Source: Hamiltosporidium tvaerminnensis FI-OER-3-3 | Lineage: Eukaryota; Fungi; Microsporidia | Length of the DNA: 64,000 nucleotides | Direction: 5' to 3' | Assembly: GCA_022605425.2 (NCBI GenBank) | Contig: JAKIMF020000004.1 | Coordinates: 62,001-126,000, forward strand | In this document: positions 1-14,047 of the stretch, one piece after another | Layout: every line of letters starts with the position of its first letter | Numbering within the stretch: the stretch's first letter is position 1 | Notes under the pieces: model-generated | What the model saw: only the letters and a program-made list of their open reading frames with translations | What the model was told of the DNA's origin: nothing | Databases searched by the model: none | Program-made: the position numbers and the translations under genes

Positions 1-3000
1 ACACCCGTTACTCAATGTTAAAACGAAAGATATTAAATTGTGCTATAAATTTTAAGTTATTGGTCATAAAATAATTTATAAACGAAAAAAAAATGGCTAC
101 TAACTAATGTTAAACAAAAAAAAATTTCAAAATTGTTTTAAAAATTTCAAATAAGGGTGGTAATCAAGTAATGGTTAAGCAAATATAAAAAAAAATAAAC
201 TCATCTAAGAATAAACGGAAATTTTTTTTATTTTCCCATAAGCACTATTTTCTTTATGAAATAAATTATGGATTATTCATTTAATGTGTAGATGTTACAT
301 ATTTACATTTTTCAAAGAAACTACTTTTATACAAATTATGTTTATAATTTATTAAAAAATATAACTTTTTATGTTTTTACTGTTTTTCTCATGGTTATTC
401 AATTGCAGTAAATTTATTTATTTGCAAAACTATAGGCATGATTGTATCTATTTTCTTTTAAATTATACAAAAAAAAGTAATTATCACTAGATTCTTAAAA
501 TCTCTATTTTTAAGAAATATATTATTTCCATAATAAAAGCTTGTGGTTTTTTTGAACAACTTGTTAATTCTTTTCAATTTCGAAATTGAATTAATAGTTT
601 GAAGTGATTATAAGAAGAATTTTGAATTGTGTGCGATTTTTTTTGTATAATGTTATAATTTATTTTTTAGATATTACTATAAATCTCGAATTGGATAGTA
701 TTTCTGCTATTTTTCTACTTAAATTATTCATGTTAATACTAAACTTAAATCCAATGTGATATTTGGCTTAAAAAATCTTAAAAATGTAGTTTAAACATTG
801 AGAAAAGTATTGTTAAAATACAAAATTTTAATGTTAGATAACTGACGCATAATTCAGAAAAACATATTTTTAATCAATAATATAACGAACTTCATTTATT
901 TGATCTTTGTATTCAGAATATAATTATCTTTTATATTTACTCAAATTAAAATTGTAATTTTTTCATTCATACCATACAGCCTTTTAAGTAATGCATCAAT
1001 AATATTCAAATTACATTTTTGAATTTGCAATAATTTATACTAAATTTTTAATATATTTTTATGATCTTTTTATGATCTTTTTTACTAAGGCGATTCTTGT
1101 ATATTCCAAAATAATCTGTTAATGTATTCTTAGTATCCTTAGCGCAAGAATATGATAGCTAGGTTTTTCTGTATCTTTTTTAAGGAAGATCTTTAATATC
1201 TAAAAAGCAGTTGTAACTTTTTCTTTTTTGTTTCGAAGCCTCTATTATTTAATAATATCAATAAATAGCAACAAATTATTGGCTTACAAAAATAATTCGT
1301 GGAGTATGTTGAAGAGTACTTTTATTTGTTTGCTTCTTTTTCAATCAGGCATAAATCTATGAAAAAATAAGTCATTTAACACTATTATAAAACTTTTACT
1401 GGAAAATTAGAATTTTTTAAATTTGAAATTTATTTCGATAAGAACCTATTTTCTCAAATAAAGATTCAAATATTTTAAAGACTTAAAAAACTCATTAATT
1501 TACCTAAAAATATTCCCGGAAATATTCGATTATCTTATGAGGTAAAAAATTTTGCGTTAATCAAATATTAAGACATTATTTGATTAGACATATGTTCCGA
1601 TTTAATGGCGATAAAAAATTTATTACAAAGAAATTTTCATTTAAATTAGATTGATGTTGATTGTATACTGAGTTCGGCCAGCTTCATGTTAAATTATAAT
1701 TCTATATATCTTTTTCTCAATTTTTTCTTCATTTCTTGGGTTTTTAAGAGCGAAGAGGTTTTTATAAAAGTGTTCAATATGCTATTATCAGATGCATAAA
1801 TTGATGATTTGCATTTTTTTAATACGTAAATAACAAGGTAATCACTAAATACGATTGATATCATATGTAATTATTCAAAACGCGCACAAAATAATATAAA
1901 AGAAAGCTATTTCAATCCAAGTCATTGTTAACTTATATTTTAAAGTTAGATATGTGATCTAGATGTTTCGAAACGTATTAATTTCAATTATTTTCAAATA
2001 TATAACTTTTTAGTATCAGATTAATAGATATATATAGAAATTCTCATAAAATAACCGAACGGATGATAGGAATTTAATTTTATGGCGTACCCTACTTTTG
2101 TTTGAATGTAAATTTAGAATTTATACTATAACGATCTAGTACACTTTTTTTTAAGTTTTTTTATGAATTTTAGTAAAGTCGTTTTGAAATTTTTTTCAAA
2201 ACTACGATATTATATTTTATATTAATTTAATGGAAACACCGATTGTTTTATAGTTATTTAAAAATAAAAGAATTATAGTTCGATCCTACAAAATATATAA
2301 TTATAGAATATTATATGTTAAAGTGCGATTTTAACTGATTCTGATTTATATATAGAGTATAAGAAGTTTAAAAATTCTTTTCTTTCGTTTATAATTCGTA
2401 TATAAACTATATTTTATATTTTCTTTTGATTAATATTTGTATCTACTTAATTAAATTGTTACATAATAATTGATACATAATAATTTAGTTGTATAATTAT
2501 CTTGATATAAAAATATACTACAATTGGTTAAAAGATAACGTTGAAACATCAAAATATTCATAGCATTATAAAGAACATAAACTTACGATATATGTTCGGA
2601 ACAAAAATCTAAACCTTGTTTATTACATTCAACAAGAATTTATAAAGATTTTATAAGAGCTAATATGAAAAACATAAAGTATATAAGTTTAAATAAAGAA
2701 TTTAATACAATTTTATAACATTAAAAAACTTTCTTGCTTAACAATCTATCGTGTTTTTCACCTATAATTTTAATCATATTGAGCAAACCGAAGAAATCAA
2801 AACTATTTTAGTGCATATATTTTAAGATTGTGTTATAAGTAAAGTTACAACTTTAATGCAATAAAGTATCATTTTGCAGATAAATTAATCTATAGTTGTT
2901 GGCCTCTTAAAAAATCTTGTCTTGCTATGTTTATATTTTGAGAATCTTTCTCTATGTTAGATTATATATTGTCTTCTCTCTAATTTTATACTTCTCTGGG

Positions 3001-6000
3001 ATTTTTTATTCAATCTTTACATCTTTAGCTTGCATCATCGTTATTTTGCAAAAAAAAACAAGCTCTCTGTATCCCCCGTTTATAATTTCAAACTAATTGT
3101 TTAACGAATTTTCTAATATTTACAACCTTTTATATGCATTAGTCTATCTTTAAATGTTCGTATGCTTATTGGTTGTTTCTATGACACGGTTTTTGCTTTT
3201 TTTAATATTTGATTCTTTTATATTTTAATATCAATAGATTTTGATGTTTTATGTATTCTAAATGATTACTATAATATTATAAAAGCTTTTTATTTTCAAG
3301 AAATTATATTTAATATTTTTACAAGGCAATATTTGTGTTTTTAATTTTTGCCAACTATATTATCTGTTCGTTCAATATATACTTAAAGCTTCTTGTGGTA
3401 TATTTATAGCTCATAAAGTTCTATATTGGCATCGTATTATCTAAAATTAATTTACAATACTTTTTAGTATCAGGTATGATTTTATTTTACGTTTTAATGG
3501 TTGCAACTAAACCTTCTTGCATTCTGCATGATGTTTTGTATCCAAAATTATATTTTTAATGTTTGTGGAATATTAAAATTTTATATCTCGAAATATCTTT
3601 TTTTCTATTTTGAATTTTACATTTAGGAATGATCAAGAACTTGATTATAATTTTTTATTTCTGCGCTCATATCTTTTCGGAATTATGGACTTTTTATAAA
3701 TTCTGTTATATGACAACAGAAAGGACTGGTTTAGAATACTATGTTTTTTTGGGAACTTTAAAATTTTCAAAAAAGTAATATTATTTACAGATCAAATAAA
3801 GTTTTTAGAAATTCATGATAAAAGGTATTAATCCACATACAATAATAAGGAACTGTAAATATATAAATAAAATATCATCAGAATATTTTATTTTCTAGAT
3901 GCTGTTAAATTCTGTCTAGATTTGCAGTTACAATAAAATTCCTAAATTACTTTTAATTAGTTCTATGGTTGAGAATTTAGTGCGACAATTTTTGAACTTG
4001 AAATCTTAAATTTTCTAAAGCGGTTTCTGAATAAGCAAAATAAACTTGTGTAATATTTTAACATAATAGAAACCCTTTAGGGGGACTTTGACTATCTTAG
4101 TATAAATCTTTGAGTCAGAACCACGTAGCAGGCTTCTTTATTTTTCATATTCATACATTTATACTATTTCGCAGCTTGGTTTTTTCCTTAGAAAATGAAA
4201 TAAATATTTTACAGCTTAGTTGAGTATTCTATTAGAAAATCTTGACTTAATAATAACACCTGCTGCTTATAATAATCTTGATTTAAATCGTTTTAAAATT
4301 CTAATAGTTCCTTTCAACTTGTTGAAACTTAATAGAATATATCAATTCTGTAATAATATAAACCATGTATGCTGAATTCGAGTATGAACTAGTATGAATA
4401 TGTCTCAGTTTACCAATTTAAACTATGAATAACACCATCTATTTTTTTTTCTCGGGGATTATACTTTAATCAATTTCAAATCTTTTATGATACTAAAAGA
4501 CCAAAAAATGGTAAAAGATCTTTTAAAAATACGATTTTAAGAATCCAAATGATGTATGGATTTACCAAAAGTTTACTCATTAGTAAAAAAACAAAAATTC
4601 TCAATTTTTAAATACATTATCTTTATTGAAGATTGAAAAAGTAGGGAATCTAATTTTTCTGCTAAATATTTTTTTAAATTTTAGTGTTAAATATTGACCA
4701 AATTGATATTCTACAATCTTAAATCTCTTTTTCTTTATTCAATTTTATTTTGAGTCTAAAATACAAATATTTTGTTCGAGAATGAATCGACATTATTAGC
4801 ACAACGTGAAGTAACCACAATAATAATTTCAATCTGAAACATAAATCAAATATATTTTCAATATTATTTATACAAACTATTTATCTGAGATTATAATTTA
4901 TTTTGATGAGTCGCTTTGAGTGCTTACGAGAGATTCTCCAAGGACTTTTATGTTTTTTTCTAATATTGTGTCTTTTTTATAGGTTTGTGCTCAGCCAATT
5001 TTTTCTGTGCAAACTCGAAATGATATTTTATAAATAACATAGGATAGGTCGTTGGAATATATCTTGAAAATTGTAAGAAACAATTTCATTTAAGAATGGG
5101 CTTTGAAATTTAAATCAAATCAGTATTTTCGCAATATTTGGAACTTCTGAGTTTAGTCTGGCTAATTTGGCAAGAGAACTACTTTGAGAACGTACTATCT
5201 TTGTGTTCAAATATACATCGAACCCCTATAGGTTTATTTTTTACATGCTTATTAGATAACGAGTTTTGAAGACACTTTGGGCAAATTTTGAAAAAATTTG
5301 TGATTTAGAAAATCTTAAATAGAACATTGACTAAAAAGAATGCAAAAATAAAAAAAATATAGATGGTGCAGAAAGATTAAATGCTCATTTGAACTAAATA
5401 AAAAGAGCTAAAATAAAATATCGTTTTAAAAACATTTCGTTGTACAATTTTGTATTGGAAATATTTTTTTTGCCTCTGTACTGATACAATTTTATAATAT
5501 TACAATTTTCAATTGCATTTTTGTCGATTATAATGAGTTCGAGAGTTTTTTTAAGGTGGACAAAACTAAGATGCATTAATTCTCTTCGCTTATAAAAAAA
5601 ATATTTATAACGATTAATGCTTAATAGATTTCAGAAGTTTTATTTGAATTTTAAGTTATATTACAAGTATATAAGAAAAAACGATTATAATGTTAACATT
5701 TGGTCGTTGAGTCTATAGTAAGAATTTTTGTTTGAGAAGAACTAAATTACGCCTTTGTTTTTTCAAAGTCAAAGGTCACTCAATAAAGTTTTTGTGAGCT
5801 TGTATAATTTTGAAGTTTACCTTCTAGAGTTTTTATTTTACGTACAATTTGATTTATTTGTGTAAATAAATTATATCTAAATCGCAAAAATAAAATACTC
5901 TTTTTATCAAGATTCTGTAATTAAGGCGGAAACAATTCAGTGAAAAAAATATTTATGTTAGGTATCAATTCCGAATCTAAAGATTTAGTTTACATTGAAT

Positions 6001-7097
6001 AAAATTATATATTGCTTGTTCATATACATAAATTTTCTTGTTTAGGTTCGCGTATTTAAATTGAAGATTTGAAATTTTTATTGCTGTTGCTTTAAAATTC
6101 ATTTAAATGTGTTTCTGAATTAGGTTCGAATGTTGTATCAACTATCATCTGATTAATCAATTTAAATATAATTTTTTGATTATTTGTCAATAAGCGTTTG
6201 TTCTTTTTTTCTAACCTCCAAAAGAAATCTAAACCTAAGGAATTTAGAAAATAAAGAGTTTGAGTAAGACAATTGCTTCATCTGAATTGAATGCTTAGGG
6301 GTAGAGTATGATTCTTTCAGACTTAATCATATTTAGTTTTTTTATTTACTAAAGTATTGCAAAAACCAGCTTGGATAAACAAATTTTAACCTTTATTCAA
6401 ATTTCTTCAAGGATATACAATTTTTTTCAATTTCACTACTTACACCTTGGTATGTAACATATTAAATATTTAAATAACTAACCGAACTATGCTCGACAAT
6501 AATAAAACGTTTAAATTGAACATTATACTGATATGATATCCGTAAAATGTAACTACAAATTCTGATTTTCAGTTTCTGAAATACGCATAAATATTTGTGT
6601 AAGTTTTTGTTTTTTATCACAAAATTATTTTATAAAAGCTATTTCAATCTATATCTTATTATAAAATTAAACGGAATATCTGTTTAATTTTAATGGTTTA
6701 TGGTTGGAAATTTAATTAAAAAAACCCAAAAGTATTTATTAGTGTGTTTTTTATTTCTTAAATAATAACTCTTCTTGTAAATTGTTCTTATTTAAGTTCA
6801 TTTGAAAAGCTATATTATTTTTTGCATTTTTAATAATTTAAAATAATTGCTAACGAAATTAAATTTACAAATATTATTTTTAAGACTTCCGTCACACAAA
6901 ACGCTGAGCAAATGGTAAAAAAAAAATAACATTTGAAGTAAAGATACTCATAATAATTGCATATTGAAAAGATTGTTTGTTAAGGAATTAATGCTTGCAA
7001 TAGATTCTATTTCTTTTGTAAAATTTTGTTCTAAGGAGTCAGAAAAAAAATATTTATTTAAAATTAAAGTTTGTACTTATATGAACAGTAAACTATT

Positions 7098-7765
7098 CTT
7101 TATATAAATAATATCTCATAGTTTCAAAAATTGGTGGTGAGTTTGTTTATTTCATGATTAATGTGATTATAAGTTTAACATAAATAACTGCTAACATCAA
7201 CACTCTTTTGGTACCCCTTAATAACTTACACCTCAAAGCCTTTCATTTAAAAGGTGAGCAAAATGACATTAATGGCCGAGGAAGGTGTCTGAAGTGTGAT
7301 CTTAAGTGGAAGCCAATTTAGACTACCCAATGATTATGCAATATTCGAAATACTCTACATTCTCTGAATCTAATGAACTTCTGGTTAAGACATATTTTAT
7401 GCCTAACATAATTACACAGATGTGCGACGCCAAGCCGACGGGTATATCCGCTACTTAGCATTCCCTCTTTAAAGGTTTTTTTTATTGCTAAGTCTTCAAA
7501 CTCGAGTGAACAAGGCTAAGTTTCGATGCTTTTACTCGCAATTACCTAGGAATTCGGTTTCGGCCAAGTTACATAAAAACTACAAAATGGATCCGTATAA
7601 AAAGTTTCGAAGTTTACTAGACCTTCTTCTGCGAATACAAATCCGAAGGAACAACCAAAATTCTAGTGTGGGTTGATTTTCACAAAAAAATATAACATTG
7701 ATCTTATTAATTTCATATAGTCATTGCTAAGTAAAAAGTTTTTTAGGTGGTTATCTTTTCTCCAC
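7098..7765 (-). mobile_element. Divergent old copy of the ~730-bp structured non-coding repeat
   Basis: Reverse complement begins GTGGAGAAAAGATAACCACCTAAAAAACTTT and carries the blocks TAGGTAATTG, GAAGACTTAGC...GCTAAGTAGC, GATCACAC, ATGAAAGGCTTT and TAGCAGTTATTTATGTTAAAC in the same order as the young copies; ends ...TATAAAG. Confidence 0.85.
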
Positions 7766-9779
7766 GCTTCTTCATTAATATTTCTATATAAAATCGCAAA
7801 TCAATTGAATTCCAACGATTAAAATTTTTGAGCTATTCTTTACTTTTTGTGTTATAATAACGAATCATCATAAGCTGATTTAAGTTAAGTTTTGGATTTA
7901 ACTATTTTGAAGATAATCGATAAAATTTTATTTTTACCTCTGAAAATTTATTGAAAAATGAATTTATTAAATCTAAAAGTGTTTTTGCTCTTTTGAAAGT
8001 TATATATTAAAATATTTAATGGGATAAGTCTCTCATAAATACTACTTGTTCTGAAAGTTTACAATTTTTTAGGACATCTTTGTTGTCTAATCATGAAAAT
8101 CATAGAAAATAGCAGTAAAAATAAAAACTTAGGTGCTTTGAGGATTTAGAAAACAAAACACTTTTAGAATTTAAAATATTTGCCCTTCATATGAAATGAA
8201 AAATTATTTTACAAATTTCTTGTATTGTGGTATATTATTAACATTCAAATTTGAATACCAAGTCTTGATATTGCTTATATTTCAAAGTAAGTCTATATTG
8301 CATATAGTATTTGTAAATTAAATAGTTATTCTACAACTAAAGTGAAAGAAAAGTCGTGTATAAAATTAATTTAACTATGAAAGGGCGATTGTGTGTCGTA
8401 TTAGGAAATACCTATATGCGTTGAACTCCTTGGACTATTTAAAAAAAAATATTGAAATTTTTAGAGAGCTAAGTGAGCTCGAATATGAAACCTGTAAATA
8501 AAATACATATCACATTTAGAATAAGACTAAGGTCTTGGAATTTAGGAAATCTTGTTATATGTAAAAAAAATTGACAAGAAAATCTAACTATGCAATAAAA
8601 AGCAGGAATCCTACAATGAAATTTCTATAAAATTACTTTACTGTTTTATGTGTATACGATACTTTCAATATAGATAAATAAATATAGTTCTAACCGAAAT
8701 TTTTTTCAGCTATATTATAGAAAATTTATTAAATAGTAAACGAAGCATACCATTTGTAAATCTCAATAAATTATATAATTTATTTTTCGATCCGATATAA
8801 AAAAAAATCTTTAAACAGTTAGACTGGACTTTATTTGGTTTAAATGCCCCCAGAACTACTTCATTTTTATAACGGTCTATTCAAAATTTATAACGAACTA
8901 TAAATTATATTTTTAAAGAAGTTCTTGAAAATCCGCAAGCAAAACATAACAAAAAAGATAAAACTTGGTCTAGAAATATGATATTCGGCACATATATGTA
9001 TTTTTGGATAAAAATTTAGTAAGTAAGCATATTAAAGTCAGAATCACACCACGGGATTTGCTTTAAATTAGGCAAACAAAAAATTTACGCAAATAATTTG
9101 TGGCCAGAGAAACTTGATTTTATTATAAAGTTAGGTTGACTTATTTCTTATATTTTATTTCAAAATGGTTTATTAGCTGATATAATAAAAAATATATTTG
9201 ATGTATGATGTCGCTGTTAGAATATAGGCGGTCATCAAGTCGATTTTACTTTAAGATACAATTGAAGTTTCTTATTTTATTCAAAGGAGAGGAGCTATGG
9301 TAAACAAAATATAAATCCAGTTTTAAAGAAAGCATAACGAGGGATAGATGTAGGAAATATAAACACATTGGATGTAGTTTTAATTTAAAATATTTTCAAG
9401 GATGTTTTAGTTTATTCTTCGAATATTCTATTTAAATCATTAATTAAAGATTGAATGAAAATGAAAAAAATTTCAAACCAAAATATAAAAATCAGTCGAA
9501 CCATAATGAAACTAGCTGTATGGAAGTGGAAAAAATCAAATAAATTAGAAAATTTTTAACAACCAACTAGTCTAAAATCCAAAAAATTGTGACAAATTAA
9601 TATTATTTGGTTTTAAGTTTTAATATATATTGATGAAACTAAAATTTTACAAAGAACATATCAGAACAGTTATCTTTATACAAAAAACAAAAATTTTCCT
9701 AAAAACCTCTAAATGAATATTTTTTGAGGTCATATTAGACATAATAAACTTAAATTATAGAAAATCAAATATTTCTATT

Positions 9780-10700
9780 TTCATTTCGACATATTTTCCC
9801 CATAAACTTCTTCCAGGGCTTTAATGAAAATTTTTTAGCCACACTTTTAAGTTAGGTTTGAAATTTTTAGAAAGCATTGAAATCGTTCGAATCATTAACT
9901 AAGTCAACTCTAACACCAGACCTATCAAATCTTCCAGATCGACCTACACGATGAATATAAGTTTCCACCTTTGGTATTCCTTTAACTATTGGAAGATCAA
10001 AATTTATAATTAGGTTTACCTGTGAAATATCCATTCCTCGTAAAAATTTATTTGTTGAAATCAACGTAAGAGCCTTTGCAGTTCTAAAATCATGCTCTAA
10101 CTTTTTCTTATGCTGCCTTTTAATATCCCCATGAAGACATGCTTTTTCATGAAGATCAGCCCCTAATTCTTTTCTTAAAACCTCAACCATATGTTTGGTT
10201 GCAACAAAAATTATAGACTGCCCTACTCTTAAATATTCATATGAAGATTTTATTGCTTTCATTTTTTTTCTTTTCTCTCAGTTTCTAAATAATATGGTTT
10301 TATTTCTTCGGGTTTTAAATTTTCCTTTTCATACATACAAATGGCTTCCGGCCAAAAATTTTTAATCACTTTTTCAAACGTGGATAGAAAGTAGCAGAGA
10401 AAATATTTTTCTTGATTTTTATGACATTTTTAAAATTTATATGCATGAGAACCAATACCATCTAAAACCGCATCCGCCTCATCAATAACTATAATTTTAA
10501 CTGTTGGAGCTTTTTTATTATCCATGCTACATAACTTCAAAATACCACCCGGACTTCCAACAATAATTTCTTGATTCCCATATTCTACATCCGGTTTTAC
10601 AATAAAAACTTATAATTTTGGCTCTAAAAGTTTAGCAATCACACCAAAAACCAGTTGCTTCAAAACTCTTGTTGTTGTCGGGTTACTGCTTGCAAACTAG
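9780..10700 (-). pseudogene. DBP5: DEAD-box RNA helicase DBP5/DDX19-like pseudogene (N-terminus missing, stops/frameshifts)
   Basis: ORF 9867-10262 has helicase C-domain motifs (QSIIF, LHGD, RGMDISQVNLIINFDLP, YIHRVGRSGRF). Upstream broken frames give IIVGSPG, IVIDEAD (DEAD at 10472-10483) and SAT (10390-10398). No Q motif or Walker A found. Ends approximate. Confidence 0.8.
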
Positions 10701-11724
10701 TTTAGAAACACATTTTTGAAGAAGAAAACCTACGGTGTGTTGTTTTATTAGTTTCGATTTTTTAAGTACCGCTAAATTATCTCTTTTAAAATAGATTTTT
10801 TCTTCAAAATTAGATTATATTTGTATTTTAATATCCTATTTAACAAATGTAATTAAGCAAATTCTTATTTATTTGATTACTTAGAATCTTTATCCAACTA
10901 TTACATTTTGATTCTTCTATATTTTAATTTCCTAATTATTTTAACCAGCTTGTATATATCATTTTTATTTTGAAAATTCTTTAAAAAAATTATTAACTAC
11001 TTCTTGGTTAGAATATTCATTTTTCATATTTCTGGCTGAAAAGGATTTACTCAAAAAAATATTTAAAAAAACCCTTTTTTATAAAATTTTCATAGCAGTT
11101 AATTTATTTTTAAGGCATTAAATAAAAGCTTGCTATGCATTATTTAAAGCTGCATTTTTATTATTTTTATAATTCCATACTGTTGTAAATATTTGTTAAT
11201 ATTTTAGTATTTATTCTTAAGATATGATTCAGAAGTGAAAGAATTACAATTTATATTTTAATTACTTTATTGTCAGTTTATTTTTTTAAATGAATCTTTC
11301 TTAAATAATTTAAAATCTCGAAATAGAAAACGAATTTTTTATATTTAATTAAATCAAAAGTATGTTACAATATCCAAGGTTTCTAATGATTAATATTTTA
11401 AGAAATGGCTTCTGTTTATAACTTAAATGTATTTAAAAACGGCTAACATAGAACAATTCAGATGTTTGAAAATATATTGTTCTTTTCTTATCAATCAACT
11501 TATTTAAGTTGATATGATGCATGCTAGGGTAATATAAATACAAAATTTTTTCGTAAAGGAATATTTAAATTAATTCTGGCCAAACAAATAAAATATTTTT
11601 TTTCTTATAACGACCTATTAAATCTCATTTTTTGATAGTTTTTATATAATTATATCGTAAATTCTTCATTAAAAAAAACATTGGCATATATTCGCTATTT
11701 TTCTATTTAAATACCTCTTTTATA

Positions 11725-11940
11725 ATCACCACTATAGCCTTGTACGAGCTTTGGCTGCTCTGTGTAATATTGCTCACCGGTCTTTTTTCAGTTGGTTTAT
11801 TTACATTTTTGGCTTTCATAACAAGGGTGTTTTAAAGGGTTGGTTGTTAGCCCTACGCCTAACCTCAACCTGGAAAAACAGATCCTTCTAAGACAAGCAG
11901 AATATACACTAAACCAATTCTACTCCCGGTATGGTGGAAA
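11725..11940 (-). mobile_element. ~220-bp short non-autonomous retroelement (RTE-like SINE), copy B
   Basis: Reverse complement TTTCCACCATACCGGGAG...CCAGGTTGAGGTTAGGCGTAGGGCTAACAACC...CTTGTTATGAA...GAAAAAAGACCGGT...GCCAAAGCTCGTACAAGGCTATAGTGG aligns end to end with 17869-18103. Confidence 0.7.
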
Positions 11941-14047
11941 AAGATTAATTCCACCATTTTAAATTACAAAACCATCTTTATAATATACGTATAATAATGT
12001 TTTTTCCCTTTAAAACCAGTTTTTTGTGTATATTCTACACATATAGAAGCCAGGTGTTTTTTTCGGTATTCAGAAAGATATTTGTTACCTATTAATTAGG
12101 ATATTTTTACCGTATAATTTACGAATGTCAATAGTGAAACTGAAGAAAAAAGCATTGCAAATGCAAACCCATAATTATTTTTAAATTCGAAAAATATAGG
12201 TCACTAAAAACAACATAGACATATTCATATTTTACTTTATTAACTAATATCCGGTAGATTTAATAAAAATATTTAATCCAACATATAAATTACATAGAAC
12301 GGAATATATATATATCATTTTCTAATTTATATGAATTTAATAAGACATCTCGATTTCTAAATTTAAAACAACAAAATAATAAAATTTAAATTATATTTGA
12401 AATTTGATTTAAATGTTCGATAACTACCTAGATTAAATCTATCTTTATATTTTAATATAGAAGCTTTGTATATTACGGGTTATTTAAAAATTTATTTATA
12501 AAGCGACATATAAACAAATAAATCAATTTAAAAATAAAAAGATAAAAAATGTATCGAAAATTGATATTAAAAAACAAGGCAATATTATACTTAAAATTCT
12601 TATTTGATTAATGTTATTTTAGGGAGTCGTGTTGATAGTTTTAATTTTTTTTTACATAATAAAAATTTAATAAAATTTTAATTAAGAATGCTATCATACT
12701 TTGAAATATGTCTGAGAAAAATATTGCATTTATTTTAATATATGTAATTAATCAAGATAAGAAAATGAAGCTAGGGCTGTGTATATCAATAAAGAAATAC
12801 TACTTTGATAAGGAAATAGAACACCAGTATAAGTAATATAGGTATATTTATAATTTTTAAAAGAAATTTTATTCACTTCTTAAACTTAATAAATATTTTT
12901 TGGCTCTGAAAAATGGTGTGGATGTTACGATTTATTTTACGGGTCAATTTCCTATTTTGAATTTAGGCGATACTACTTTTGGCTTGAAAATATCATGGTT
13001 TTGGTTTGCTTGTCCAGTTGTTATATTCTATGCAAAGCGTATAACTATTTAAAAGGTGGGAAAAGTTTTCAATTTTGTGGCTTTAATTAAATTATATTTA
13101 AAATCGGGAATATAAAATCAAAATTTATATAAAACGATTATATTTTTCGTTTTTGTTTTTTCATACATCAAAAATGAAAAATTTGTTGTACCTTAAAGGA
13201 TATTTTTTTTAGAACCTAGAATTTGTATGCTATGTAATTTATAGCTTCTGAAAAAGAAGATTATTGAGCAAGATGCTGCTTTGTTTATAAACTCAGATAA
13301 AAATAAATTTATTTCAGATAATATTTTTTTGAATTAAATCAATGCTCCTTTTTCTTAGATCTAACTTTATTTGGTGTCGAATTAAATTTTTGCAGCAAAT
13401 GTAGAAATGGAAATATTCACATCATATTTGTTCATTACTGAAAAAATATATTGTGGAATACACAATATTTTTAAATAATTTTTTATTCAAGTATCATTAT
13501 GCTTAACCACAAATTAAACCTTCGGCCCATCATATAATAGAATACATCGATCCTTGGAAAACGGATAAAACTTGGTTGGACATTAAATTAATTTTAGTTC
13601 AGAAAATTTGTCAAATATTATATATAAAGATGTTTTTATGCATTAAAAATAATTTTATTCTTGGTTTATGTATTTATATTAAGATTCTACCGAACTGAAT
13701 ATTTTTCGTCAATTTTTTTAGTTAATCTGAAATGGCTTTTTCAAACCATTAACTCTACAAGTAATCAGTTGCGCAAAATAATAATACTTATTCTATGTAT
13801 ATTTAAATATAATTTATCAAAGACTTAATAAATATCTCGATAACGAGGAATCATTAAATTTAAAAATAAAAATTGCATTGCTTCTACTTTAAGCAAAAAA
13901 AATTTAATTCAAGAAAGAAAAACTTAAAAGAGCTTGTTTTTAATAATTAAGCTGGTAACCAATTTTCTTAAAAATACATATTTTATTTTTATTAAAAAAT
14001 TAAGAATAAAGTAAATATAGCAAGTATATACCATATTTTAGAAAAGA

